Positions 40,189 through 49,910 of a stretch of 64,000 nt of DNA are shown here, piece after piece; the stretch's first letter is position 1; every line of letters begins with the position of its first letter. Source of the stretch: Candidatus Bathyarchaeota archaeon (lineage in GTDB: Archaea; Thermoproteota; Bathyarchaeia; Bathyarchaeales; Bathycorpusculaceae); contig OY970176.1 of NCBI GenBank assembly GCA_963707955.1, positions 1,760,001 to 1,824,000 of the forward strand, in the 5' to 3' direction. The position numbers and the translations under genes were made by a program. A model generated the notes under the pieces. The model saw only the letters and a list, made by a program, of their open reading frames with translations. It ran no database searches and was not told the DNA's origin.

Positions 40189-40477
40189 ACGCGTGTCCGA
40201 AGCTAGCTTTTCCGAGGTTGAAGGGTTTTCCCTCTGAAAGAACCTTCCTCGGAACCTTCTCCTTCCACTTCTTCAAGAAAGGCAAGTCTTCCTTCTCTTT
40301 CCGCAATTCGTCTGGCAACATTTCCGGAATCTCTTCACGGATCGGATACCACCTCAAACATTTCGGGCACACGATCAAGCCTTCAACGATTTCCTCTTTC
40401 TCCTCAAAAACGTGCAGCTCAAGCGGGTAGTACTTATCAATCGGGCACGCGAGTATGTCCATCAGCTTCTTTTTTAT
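40181..40477 (-). CDS. trm112: Trm112 family protein
   Basis: KKLMDILACPIDK, EGLIVCPKCLRWYPIREEIPEMLP; start uncertain (ATA 40477 after SD, or ATG 40462). Confidence 0.88.
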   Translation of the reverse strand: MKKKLMDILACPIDKYYPLELHVFEEKEEIVEGLIVCPKCLRWYPIREEIPEMLPDELRKEKEDLPFLKKWKEKVPRKVLSEGKPFNLGKASFGHAST

Positions 40478-40880
40478 ATTGTCACTCCCCAACTCTATTT
40501 TTGCCCTAAACATTAAAGCTTTTTCATGAAAGTGGTGATTGTCTATAGCAGGCGTCGCGAAACGCCTCAGGCTACGTGTTACGCAACAGATTCAAGAACC
40601 GACGGGCTACCGCGAAAATGCGCTACCGCCAAGCCATATTTTAGGACACCCTCTATCTTTCAACGCTAAGAAAACGACTGGGTACCAGAACTTTCAGTTG
40701 CACGAGCCTTAAAGTTCCTCGGACCCCCATTTTGAGATTAAGACGACCAAGCAAGACGAGCTCACCAACTTCCACCTAAGGACTAGATCAACAGTACCGT
40801 CTGGAGAAAAACTCTGAGAGGGAGAGGAGTAAGCATGTTAGACGGGTCAGAACACGAAGCAGGGAATGTTCTCAACCTAG

Positions 40881-41747
40881 CTATGTGCACGCCTTACTGG
40901 GCTTGGCTTTGATGTCCAAGACTATCTGGTACCAGTTTGGGCCAGTTGCTCTAACGACGCGACCGAATGGAATCTCGAATGAGGCGCAAATGTCCAGAAG
41001 TTTCTCAGACACTTTCACCCTGACCTTGTCAACAGCGTCCTCGTCCTTCGCGGCATGTTCAAAATCATAATAGTGCACCCATCCCCCCTTCTCTTTGAGC
41101 GCCAGCAGAGCATAAGGAAGATACTCAAGGGTTTTCGCGGGCAGAGGCATAAGAACCCTGTCCGCCACATGGCACAGTCTCTCTTCAACAACCTCTCTTG
41201 CGTCGCCAAGCATCGGGACAACCCTCCCATAGACTCTGTTCATCCTGATGTTTTCTCGCATCTGCTGAACCGCTTCCGGATTAACGTCTATAGAATACGC
41301 CTTTTCGACCTCAGCATGCTTTGCCATCACTATCGAAAAACATCCCACGCCCGCAAACATGTTCACAACAGTCTCCCCATCCTCAGCCAGCCTTGCAATC
41401 CGCATTCTTTCATAGAAGAGCCTCGGCGAAAAATAGCACTTCTCAACATCAACTCTGAACAGGCATCCAGACTCCCTGTGAACTGTACAGGTTTTCCTTT
41501 CACCAGCAACATACTCCAGGCTGCGAAGCCTAAACTCTCCGCGAACAGCGCTTGCCTGTGCCAACACGGTTTTGACGTTCTTGTGAACAGCCATGATGGC
41601 CTCTGCAATCTTTTCAGAGTACTTTCTTGATCTTTCTGTCAAACGTACGATTGCGATGTCACCGACAACGTCATAAGAATTACAGACGCACACAGAATCT
41701 TGTGGAGAAAGAATCTCCGTCAGCGTTTTACTCAAACGTTTCCTCAA
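40881..41747 (-). CDS. trm5: Trm5/TYW2 (Met-10+) family tRNA methyltransferase lacking the D1 domain
   Basis: YDVVGDIAIV, HRESGC, YFSPRL..ER, NMFAGVG, DVNP, RVLMPLP. Confidence 0.8.
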   Translation of the reverse strand: MRKRLSKTLTEILSPQDSVCVCNSYDVVGDIAIVRLTERSRKYSEKIAEAIMAVHKNVKTVLAQASAVRGEFRLRSLEYVAGERKTCTVHRESGCLFRVDVEKCYFSPRLFYERMRIARLAEDGETVVNMFAGVGCFSIVMAKHAEVEKAYSIDVNPEAVQQMRENIRMNRVYGRVVPMLGDAREVVEERLCHVADRVLMPLPAKTLEYLPYALLALKEKGGWVHYYDFEHAAKDEDAVDKVRVKVSEKLLDICASFEIPFGRVVRATGPNWYQIVLDIKAKPSKACT

Positions 41748-41831
41748 GGCCTGTCATTCCGCGGATAGGATAACCATGGCCGGAAACATTTAAAAGCAGA
41801 ACGGCTTTCCTCAGTACGAAGAGGGAAACGC

Positions 41832-41999
41832 TTGGAAAAGTCACCGGCAGGCATAGTCTACGAATGCGTAAGATGCGGAGCAAAGGTTCCATCGGACGAG
41901 TTGGACATGCGCGGCGGAGAAATAAAATGCATCGTCTGCGGCTACAGGATTCTGAAAAAGGTAAAGCCGCCGGTCGTTAAACGCGTTCCTGCCAAGTAG
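41832..41999 (+). CDS. rpoP: DNA-directed RNA polymerase subunit P (Rpo12)
   Basis: Manual translation MEKSPAGIVYECVRCGAKV...IKCIVCGYRILKKVKPPVVKRVPAK; below the ORF-track length cutoff. Confidence 0.93.
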   Translation: MEKSPAGIVYECVRCGAKVPSDELDMRGGEIKCIVCGYRILKKVKPPVVKRVPAK

Positions 42000-42069
42000 A
42001 AATAAAAAAGAGAAAATGAACTACTTGATGCTGGCTCCGCCTTGAATGCTTAAGATGTCACTGGCCCCG

Positions 42070-42367
42070 CTAGAAGATCTCTTTTTCTCCAATCTTGCGG
42101 AGAGACTCTGCCGCGGAGTTTTATCGTCGGGCCGATGACCTCGTCCGGATGCTTTTCAACGGTCTTCCTCTTTATGGTCTCTCCGCAGATTCCTCTTGGC
42201 AGCAGTCGTCTTTTCACGCAGATAGCGTAGGTGCAGTCTGCGACGTTGCACGTGTCTTCAGTCCATCTGCACCAAACGTCGTCCTGGCGCTGCAGGGTCG
42301 CGTTTTTTGTACACTTGAAGGCTTCGCATCTTTGAGAACAAGTCTTGACCTGTGCCAACACATGCAC
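42070..42367 (-). CDS. small Cys-rich hypothetical protein; probable +1 frameshift near 42105
   Basis: Eight Cys (CSQRCEAFKC, WCRWTEDTC, CTYAIC, IC). Removing one base gives a clean end RGRALRKIGEKEIF*. Confidence 0.6.
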
Positions 42368-42460
42368 AACCTTTGATCATTTCTTTACCAAAACTTCATC
42401 GTTGCGAGTCTCGCTTCTCTCAACAATACTTCTAACGAGTTTTCATATAAACTTTTTTCC

Positions 42461-44524
42461 CTAAGACTCCTTATTTGAACTCTCAGTCTCACTCTTCTTC
42501 GTCTTCGAGCGTCTAAACCTGTACACTTCTAATGCCAGAACGAAGACGATTGCCAACGCGATCACGAGTATCGTGGCGAACTCGCTTGTTTCAACTAGCA
42601 ATCCTCCTAGGACGATGTACTTGCTTATTGTGACCTGAATCGTCGTTGAATTCTCGACGGTTAATCCTTGGGTCACAATCGGCTGGGTCGAATCACCCAG
42701 AAACAAGACAACTTCCAGGTTTCCTCCAATCACGTTGTTGAACGTCGCAATTCCGTCCGCTTTTGTCGGCGGCGCAGACATCGTAGGCTCTCCTTCCCTC
42801 TGCAGTTTCACGTTCACGTTTCCAATGCCCTGACCAAAATAATCAACCACCTTCACAGAGACTGTCAAGTCGTAGAGGTCGCATTGCACCATCGCACTCT
42901 GGTTCTGGAACAGATCTACAGTTGTTTCGTTAAGCATTATTCCGCTCTTGTCGTACACCATTACACTGTATATGCCCAAAGGAGGGTTAAACGTAGCACT
43001 TCCATTTTCGTCAGTGTACTGTTCATAAAGAGGTTCACCAGACATTTCTTGAACCCTTACCAGCGTGTTATTGAACGGTTGTCCGCGTGACTCAGTGGCG
43101 ATGACTCGTAACACCAAGGTAGGACAGCTGACCGTCACGTTATACCACGCCACAGCCGTTTCATTCATCAAAAGTTGAAAATTCGACGTCACGTTGAACG
43201 ATGTGCCGTAACGGGTTACGTTCAAGCCGTATTCTAAATCGGGCAACAGAGAATGAATTATGGCAGTGCCATTGAGATCTGTAGTGAATGTCTCGTTCAA
43301 CGGCGTTAAATATATTCCAGCATCAGGAATGCTAGTGTTAGCTGATGAGACCTGGACCTTCAAGTTGGTGAGGTTGCAGACAAGGTCCAGCGAGGCAGTA
43401 TCATTAACCTCTATCCCCCGCTCGCCAACGATCTCGTTCTGAGTGGTCGCGTTACACGTGTAGCTACCAACCTCAAGGTTTAACGCTGCTAGGCCAGTTG
43501 TATCAGTTGTCTCAGCGTCCGCAACGGTTCCGTTCTCAAACGCTACGACGGTCACGCCTGAAACAGGTTCTTCGGCAAGATTCCTCGCAGTGACGTTCAC
43601 TGCAAAACCAGGCACTGCGAAGGTTTGGATGTCAGGTGGGTTCTTAACCGTGGGTCCTGACGACGAGAAGACGCTGACAGTGTAGTTCCCTACCGACGTG
43701 TCTGCAGGCACAGTCCAGTTATAGTTAATCAAACCTGAAGGGTCTGTCAGGTTGTAAATGTTGTTTCCTGCTATCGTGATTGTGACATTTTCGTTCGGCT
43801 CATAGACAGCCTTGATGTTTACTGTTTGATTCCTGTGATACTGGGTCGCGTTTGTCAAACCGACGTAGAAAGTCTGATAACTCATCGTGGTGTTAAGCAA
43901 TGCCGTATAGTTACCCACGAAGTGCGTGTTGGCGCCCGCTGAGAAATCGTTTGGATAGTTTGCAGTTGCAGTCCCGTTTCCCAAAGTCGAGGTTGGTCCA
44001 ACGTTAAGCATATTTACGTACGACACGTTGGTCGGAGCTTGGACAGTGATGTTTGCGACATAAGTCATGCCTGATGCGCCCCCAGTTACGTTGACAGAAA
44101 TCGGTATCGAGTCATTTTCCTGTAACGGTTCTGCCATTGTAGGTATGACAAGCGAGTATGATGTCGTAACGTTGAAAGTTGCAGTGGCGTTGTCGTGAGT
44201 AGCAACGTCCACAACTGTAACATTGTGGTTGTTGCCTGCAGTGGTTTGAGGGACAATAAATGTTGCGTTTACGCTGTTTGCGCTAGAAGTGCCGCTCGCA
44301 GTCAGGTCTTGATCAAAATAAACGTCGTACTTGCCGTTCGCCGTGGTTACATTTGCAGTTACTGTCACAAGTGTTCCAACGTTTCCAGTATCAGGGTTCA
44401 ATCCCATTATCGACATCCCAGCCACTGCTTTGGGCAAGAGAGAAAGGGTGATCAAACCCGATGTCAATATAAGAATTAGACATGTCAATCGTTCAATCGT
44501 TTTAAGCCGAGTCTTCATCAGCAT
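42461..44524 (-). CDS. large membrane-anchored surface glycoprotein with repeated beta-sandwich (carboxypeptidase-regulatory-like) domains
   Basis: Signal peptide, T/N/V-rich with many sequons, repeated TDxxGxA motifs, C-terminal TM and basic tail. Confidence 0.8.
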   Translation of the reverse strand: MLMKTRLKTIERLTCLILILTSGLITLSLLPKAVAGMSIMGLNPDTGNVGTLVTVTANVTTANGKYDVYFDQDLTASGTSSANSVNATFIVPQTTAGNNHNVTVVDVATHDNATATFNVTTSYSLVIPTMAEPLQENDSIPISVNVTGGASGMTYVANITVQAPTNVSYVNMLNVGPTSTLGNGTATANYPNDFSAGANTHFVGNYTALLNTTMSYQTFYVGLTNATQYHRNQTVNIKAVYEPNENVTITIAGNNIYNLTDPSGLINYNWTVPADTSVGNYTVSVFSSSGPTVKNPPDIQTFAVPGFAVNVTARNLAEEPVSGVTVVAFENGTVADAETTDTTGLAALNLEVGSYTCNATTQNEIVGERGIEVNDTASLDLVCNLTNLKVQVSSANTSIPDAGIYLTPLNETFTTDLNGTAIIHSLLPDLEYGLNVTRYGTSFNVTSNFQLLMNETAVAWYNVTVSCPTLVLRVIATESRGQPFNNTLVRVQEMSGEPLYEQYTDENGSATFNPPLGIYSVMVYDKSGIMLNETTVDLFQNQSAMVQCDLYDLTVSVKVVDYFGQGIGNVNVKLQREGEPTMSAPPTKADGIATFNNVIGGNLEVVLFLGDSTQPIVTQGLTVENSTTIQVTISKYIVLGGLLVETSEFATILVIALAIVFVLALEVYRFRRSKTKKSETESSNKES

Positions 44525-44709
44525 TTCCCCTCGCAGTTCGAATGAAACGTGTGAACAACTCTAGCACTGAGACCATTTTAAACTTTACCTTTGTCTCTGC
44601 CTCTTGAACGATTTGCTTAGCGCATGAACGGTTCGAGCATAAACAATGCTGAGTCGTTACGTAAGAGTTGGCCGAAAGATGAATTAGGTTCGCAGGGGAA
44701 TAGTACGGC

Positions 44710-45912
44710 TTGCCCTTTGAGTTGTTAGAAATGATCGACGAGATTCTAGAACTCGTTCAGAGCCATGAAGAGTGGCGTGGAAAGGAATGCTTGAACCTAA
44801 TACCCTCAGAGAACGTCATGAGTCCGGCTGTCAGAGCCCTGCTCTCATCCGAGCTTGCACATCGCTACACCGCAAGAGACCGTTACTACATGGGCACACG
44901 TTTCACGGACCAAATCGAGCAGTACGGCGAGAAGGTTGCAAGGGAACTTTTCAAAGCTGAAACTGCGGATTTACGCCCTCTCTCAGGCCACATTGCCGAC
45001 CTGATCGTTCTAGCTAACCTGACGAAACAGAATGAAACACTAATGTGCGTTTCTCCGGATGACGGCGGGTACCCTGGAATGTGGAGAGACGGCCTGGCAG
45101 GCCTCCTTAAGCTTAACGTAACACCTTTCCCGTTTTCGAAGAAAGACATGAACATAAAAGTTCAGGCGGCCCAAGAAATCATACCTAAGGCAAAGCCAAA
45201 AGCCGTTATCTTCGGTGCAAGTTTGATCACTTTTCCTCATCCCGTCAAAGATCTGGCCAAAGTTGCACGCGAAAACAGTGCAATCGTAGGGTTTGACGGT
45301 TCACACGTTCTGGGGCTGATCGCCGGCGGCCAGTTTCAGGACCCGTTGAGAGAAGGCGCACAAGTTCTTTTCGGGTCGACTCATAAGAGCTTTTTTGGTC
45401 CTCAAGGAGGCATAATCTTGGCGAACAAAGAAACTGGAGAGTTCCTGAAAGAGAAAATATACCCGGCCTTCGTTGACAACGCTCACTGGAATCGAATCGC
45501 TGCACTGACCTTGGCTCTGGCTGAGATGAGAAATTTCGGCAAAGACTACGCGTTACAAGTCGTTCGGAACTCAAAGACTCTGGCCAAGAGTTTGCATGAC
45601 CTTGGCTTTCCAGTTATCTGCAGCCATCTTGGCTTCACCAAATCACATCAGGTAATCTTGGACTATGGAGACGTAAGAAAAGCAAGAAGCGTCGCCGAAA
45701 AACTCCAGCGTGCAAACATAATCGTTGATTGCGTCATCAGAGTCGGCACTTGCGAGGTTACAAGGCGTGGGATGAAGGAGGCTGATATGTTGAGAGTAGC
45801 TGAACTACTAAGAAGGGTAATCATAGACGAGGAAAGGCCAGAAGCGGTCAAGAATGACGTGGCTAGGCTATGCAGTGAATTCCAGAAAGTTGAATACTGT
45901 TTTGACCAGTAA
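44710..45912 (+). CDS. glyA: serine hydroxymethyltransferase
   Basis: LNLIPSEN, DGSHVLGLIAGG, STHKSFFGPQGG (PLP lysine). Confidence 0.93.
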   Translation: MPFELLEMIDEILELVQSHEEWRGKECLNLIPSENVMSPAVRALLSSELAHRYTARDRYYMGTRFTDQIEQYGEKVARELFKAETADLRPLSGHIADLIVLANLTKQNETLMCVSPDDGGYPGMWRDGLAGLLKLNVTPFPFSKKDMNIKVQAAQEIIPKAKPKAVIFGASLITFPHPVKDLAKVARENSAIVGFDGSHVLGLIAGGQFQDPLREGAQVLFGSTHKSFFGPQGGIILANKETGEFLKEKIYPAFVDNAHWNRIAALTLALAEMRNFGKDYALQVVRNSKTLAKSLHDLGFPVICSHLGFTKSHQVILDYGDVRKARSVAEKLQRANIIVDCVIRVGTCEVTRRGMKEADMLRVAELLRRVIIDEERPEAVKNDVARLCSEFQKVEYCFDQ

Positions 45913-45976
45913 AACTCTTTATCTTGCGTATTGCTAAATTTCCAAAGGTTCACATGGTGTTTAAGAGTGACATGCA

Positions 45977-46939
45977 ATGGAGACATTGGCTCCTTCTTCG
46001 CTCATTGATGCTCTGAAGAAGCAAAAGTATCACCTGGTTGGCCAGCATTCGGCAGTGAAAAGATGTAGATGGTTCCATGAAACCCTGATCCATGATAGAG
46101 AATGCTACAAGCAAAAGTTCTACGGCATCAAGACGCATCAGTGCATACAAATGACACCCGCAGCATTCTACTGCACTCAGCAGTGTCTTTTCTGCTGGCG
46201 AACTCAAAGCGGAGAACTTCAAGCCTCGTGGGAAGAGACAAACATGCCAACGTGGGATTCTCCAGAAGAGATCGTGCAGAAAAGCCTCAAAGCCCAGCAT
46301 GCGATCTTGAGTGGATACATAGGGAACCCCAAAACAAACAGGCAAAAATACACGGAAGCATTGACGCCCAAACACGTAGCTATAAGCCTGACTGGCGAAC
46401 CGACTCTCTACAAACCTCTGGGAGAGTTGATCCAAGTCTTCCACAGGAAGGGGTTCACCACATTTCTGGTTTCAAACGGAACTCTGCCTTCCGCTTTGGC
46501 AGAACTAACCGAAGAGCCCACTCAGCTTTACATTTCTGTCTGTGCTCCAGACGAAGAAACCTATAAGCGTGCTTGTCGTCCACAGATCTCGCGAGGCTGG
46601 GAAAAACTGAACGAAACCCTATCGCTGTTGCCCAGCTTCAAATGTCCAACGGTAATGCGAATAACGTCAGTCCGCGGCCTAAACATGAAAAACCCAAAAG
46701 CATACGCTGCACTTATCGAGAAGGCAGACCCGACCTACGTTGAAGCTAAGGCCTACATGCACGTAGGCTTCTCCAGACTTAGATTAGATTATGAGGCCAT
46801 GCCGAGCCACGGCGAGATGCAACAGTTTTCGGCGCAGTTGGCGAACGAAACAGGCTACAATTCCATCGATGAATCGCCAGAAAGCCGCGTTGTACTGCTG
46901 AGCAGGCTTCAAAACCCAATAAAATTCTGCAATGATTAG
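45977..46939 (+). CDS. taw1: 4-demethylwyosine synthase Taw1 (radical SAM)
   Basis: HSAVKRCRW, CYKQKFYGI, CTQQCLFCWR, AISLTGEPTLY, KAYMHVGFSR. Confidence 0.95.
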   Translation: METLAPSSLIDALKKQKYHLVGQHSAVKRCRWFHETLIHDRECYKQKFYGIKTHQCIQMTPAAFYCTQQCLFCWRTQSGELQASWEETNMPTWDSPEEIVQKSLKAQHAILSGYIGNPKTNRQKYTEALTPKHVAISLTGEPTLYKPLGELIQVFHRKGFTTFLVSNGTLPSALAELTEEPTQLYISVCAPDEETYKRACRPQISRGWEKLNETLSLLPSFKCPTVMRITSVRGLNMKNPKAYAALIEKADPTYVEAKAYMHVGFSRLRLDYEAMPSHGEMQQFSAQLANETGYNSIDESPESRVVLLSRLQNPIKFCND

Positions 46940-47080
46940 ACCGCGTTGCAAACAATTCATGTTCAAGTAACCTTGACGTAGTTGAATGTGTTTCTTTGAA
47001 TTAGGTGAGAACAAACCTTAAATATTGCCTCATTCATTAGCCTTGACCTTGAACTGAAAATTGAATCGAGGTGTTAACAA

Positions 47081-47272
47081 ATGGTTTGTGATGGAAGAGG
47101 CCGCCTGTTCAGAAGGAAGGACGGAAAGTACTTGATCTACCTGCCTAAGGACTTTGCAGAAGACAGTATGTTTCCGTTCAAAGGCTCTGACTCCGTGTTT
47201 GTGAAAGTGGCCTTCAAGTTCGGGGACAACAAGCTGCTGATAGAGAAATGGAAAGAGCCCGCGGTCGAATAG
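47081..47272 (+). CDS. small hypothetical protein, possibly AbrB/MazE-like swapped hairpin
   Basis: SD GAGGTG; GKYLIYLPKD...V.V....LLIEK pattern. Confidence 0.6.
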   Translation: MVCDGRGRLFRRKDGKYLIYLPKDFAEDSMFPFKGSDSVFVKVAFKFGDNKLLIEKWKEPAVE

Positions 47273-47559
47273 AGAATGGCTCTTCGAGAACAATGACTTC
47301 TTATCCCATTCTCGCAGCGTGACATTTCATTTTGAACAATTGAAGATAGCCCGCTTTCTCATTCCTGGATTCGCTTGCGGTGTGGGTTGTACTTCTTGAG
47401 TTGCTTCGTCTGCAGCTGAAATTGTGTCTCGGGAAACGAGAAGCATCGTTTGGAGGGCGTGACTCAACCTTACTATACTTCAGGAAAGGAATCTAGGGGC
47501 ATAAATATGCTCCGGTCAATGGTTCTCGGGTTTTCGGTGTGTTAGTTCGCTTACGCTCT

Positions 47560-47591
47560 ACCCCTCCGGTTCACTATATGATCCAAATATG
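47560..47591. repeat. dispersed intergenic repeat, copy 2
   Basis: CCCCTCC followed by CTATATGATCCAAATATG, identical to 28202-28219. Confidence 0.75.
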
Positions 47592-47791
47592 ATTCAACAA
47601 AAACCGCGCGCGTGTCTGTGCGACCTGAAACTCTCAACTTGAAAGAGGAAATTCGGGAATACGATTGCGCGCATGCGCCAAGTATGATTGAATGAAGTAT
47701 TGCAGCCGAGTGTTTATCTTCAATCGTCCCCTCGACACTAAACATTATATTCTGATTTTCGCATTGTTAACTGTGAACTGGTGTTGTTCAA

Positions 47792-48436
47792 ATGCCTACC
47801 CTAAAAGCTGTCTTAAGTGTCGTGAGAAAGGACCTCATCTTCAGAGACGAATTGCGCGAGAAGTCTCAAGGAGACATGCGGAAAGTGACGAGTCTTTCGA
47901 AGCAGGCGATACTTTTGATTCATCAGAAACGGTTGGAGGAGGCCGAGAAACTTGTCGCGAGAGCAGGTGAGACTCTTTCGAAGCTTTGGGACACTTCGGC
48001 TGCTCATCCAGACATCATTTACACTGGCTTGTTTAGCGCTGCGCTTCAGGAGTATTCTGAGGCAAACATTTTCTTGAGACTGGTTGAGGAATCTAGGTTC
48101 TTAACTCCTAAGGAAATCCAAGTGCCCTCAGCAGATTATGTCTTGGGGTTAGCAGACGTTATAGGCGAGTGCAGGCGCCTAGTGCTCGACGCCTTGCGTG
48201 AGGGGAACGCTGAGAGAGCTGAAAACTGTTTGCAGAGAATGGACGAGATCTTCATTGAACTTATGGGTATGGACGAGTCTTACATGCTGGTTCCTGGTTT
48301 GAGGAGAAAATGTGATGTTGCGAGAAAGCTCATTGAGATCACACGGGGGGACGTGACCCAGGAAATTCGAAGAAGCATGCTTGAAGAACACTTGAAACAA
48401 GTCGAAAAAAGCCTGAGAAAACGAAGACGCACTTGA
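47792..48436 (+). CDS. translin/TRAX (C3PO-like) family protein
   Basis: RE...R.....S..AI, QEYSEA, YVLGLADVIGECRR, LRRKCDVAR. Confidence 0.88.
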   Translation: MPTLKAVLSVVRKDLIFRDELREKSQGDMRKVTSLSKQAILLIHQKRLEEAEKLVARAGETLSKLWDTSAAHPDIIYTGLFSAALQEYSEANIFLRLVEESRFLTPKEIQVPSADYVLGLADVIGECRRLVLDALREGNAERAENCLQRMDEIFIELMGMDESYMLVPGLRRKCDVARKLIEITRGDVTQEIRRSMLEEHLKQVEKSLRKRRRT

Positions 48437-48443
48437 GACAATT

Positions 48444-49154
48444 GTGAAGGGCAGAATGACACGCGTCGGACTGAAACCCGCATTCTCAGCGAAAAAGGCT
48501 CATGAAGCTCAGAGGCGCTTATCTGAACACATTATTTCTGAGGACAAGGCTCCACAGAGAATCCGTCTGATAGGAGGCGTCGACGTTGCTTATGTTGAAG
48601 GCGCTTCAATCGCAGCTGTGGCAGTTTTGGATTTTGGTTCTATGAAGCTGAAAGAGTCACAAACAGCTATATGCCCGACACGTTTCCCCTACATTCCAAC
48701 ATTGCTTGCCTTCAGAGAAATCCCTCCAGCGCTCCTGTGTATTCGAAAGCTGCGTGTTCAGCCTGACGTTTTCCTTGTCGACGGACACGGTTTCGCTCAT
48801 CCATATCGCTGTGGATTTGCGAGCCATCTCGGACTCGTGATGAGGAAACCTACGGTAGGAGTTGCAAAAGGGATTTTGGTTGGGGAGGTTGAGCGCACGA
48901 AGGTTGAAGGAGACGTTGCCTTCATACGCGACAAAGGAGAAGTGATCGGTGCTCAGATCGTCTCAAAGCGTGGACTCAAACCCATCTGTGTTAGCGTTGG
49001 GCACATGGTTTCACTGGGAACAGCCATAGAGATCGTTAAGCAATGTACACTTTACAACCGTGTTCCGGAACCAGTCTTACAAGCTCACAGAATAGCCACG
49101 GCTGAAAAAAGAAAAGTCAATATCTCCACTGCAGCAGTAACATGTAACGAGTGA
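48444..49154 (+). CDS. nfi: endonuclease V
   Basis: GGVDVAY, FPYIPTLLAFRE, LVDGHG, GFASHLG, GVAK, SVGH, PEP. Confidence 0.95.
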   Translation: MKGRMTRVGLKPAFSAKKAHEAQRRLSEHIISEDKAPQRIRLIGGVDVAYVEGASIAAVAVLDFGSMKLKESQTAICPTRFPYIPTLLAFREIPPALLCIRKLRVQPDVFLVDGHGFAHPYRCGFASHLGLVMRKPTVGVAKGILVGEVERTKVEGDVAFIRDKGEVIGAQIVSKRGLKPICVSVGHMVSLGTAIEIVKQCTLYNRVPEPVLQAHRIATAEKRKVNISTAAVTCNE

Positions 49155-49161
49155 ATGAAAA

Positions 49162-49870
49162 TTGCTGAACCCACAACTGAGAGAATTGGCGAACAAGATC
49201 CGTGACAAGTCTCTTCGAAAAAAAACTATCGCTTTGCTTGAGGCACCAACATTCGAAGCAAACGGCAAAACGTACTCGGGAATGCCTCTTGAAATCTCGC
49301 CGGTCTGGGAGAAGCCACCATCATTCCTACCCTGGAGGTTACTTGGAGCATGTTGTTTCAGCGACAAACATCGCATTAGCGATGTGTGAGACTGCGGAGA
49401 AAATCTACCATGGGAAAGTGAACCATGACCTCGTCATAGCTGGGATGTTGTTGCATGACGTTTTCAAGCCGGCAACATACTTCGTGAACAAGGATGGACG
49501 CTACGGGTCGACACCTCTAGCAGATTATCTGGATCACCTGTTGATTGCAACTTCAGAGCTTGTTCGAAGGGGTTTCCCGCTGGAGTTGATTCACATAGTG
49601 GCCGCGCATCACGGAGAATATGGCCCGATTAGGCCCCGAACGCTTGAAGCCTTGATCTGCCACCTAGCAGACTTTGCGGACTCACGACTTAACGGTGAAG
49701 TCTTGAGCGCGGCGGCCTACCTGACGAGAAGAGTCGCCGGTCAGGAACTGTTTGGAATGACTTCGAAGGAAGCTTTCGAAATAGTCCATTCGAAGTCTGT
49801 CGAAGGTTGGGAAGGCGTTGCAAGAACTGTAGAAAGGTTAAGCCGCAAAAAGAAAGGACGCAAGCCTTAA
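49162..49870 (+). CDS. HD-domain phosphohydrolase (YhaM HD-like, no OB domain); apparent +1 frameshift near 49304
   Basis: SP(A)GRSHHHSYPGGYLEH, LLHDVFK, AHHG, PRTLEALICHLAD, split across two frames. Confidence 0.8.
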
Positions 49871-49910
49871 TAGTCGACTCAAATGAGAAGTGCGAAAAGG
49901 TGATTTGCAG

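Noticed and set aside
40514-40880. Structured ncRNA or small ORF in the trm112-trm5 gap
   Set aside because: Only a short hairpin (AGGCGT..ACGCCT) and a weak short ORF; nothing assignable to a known RNA family
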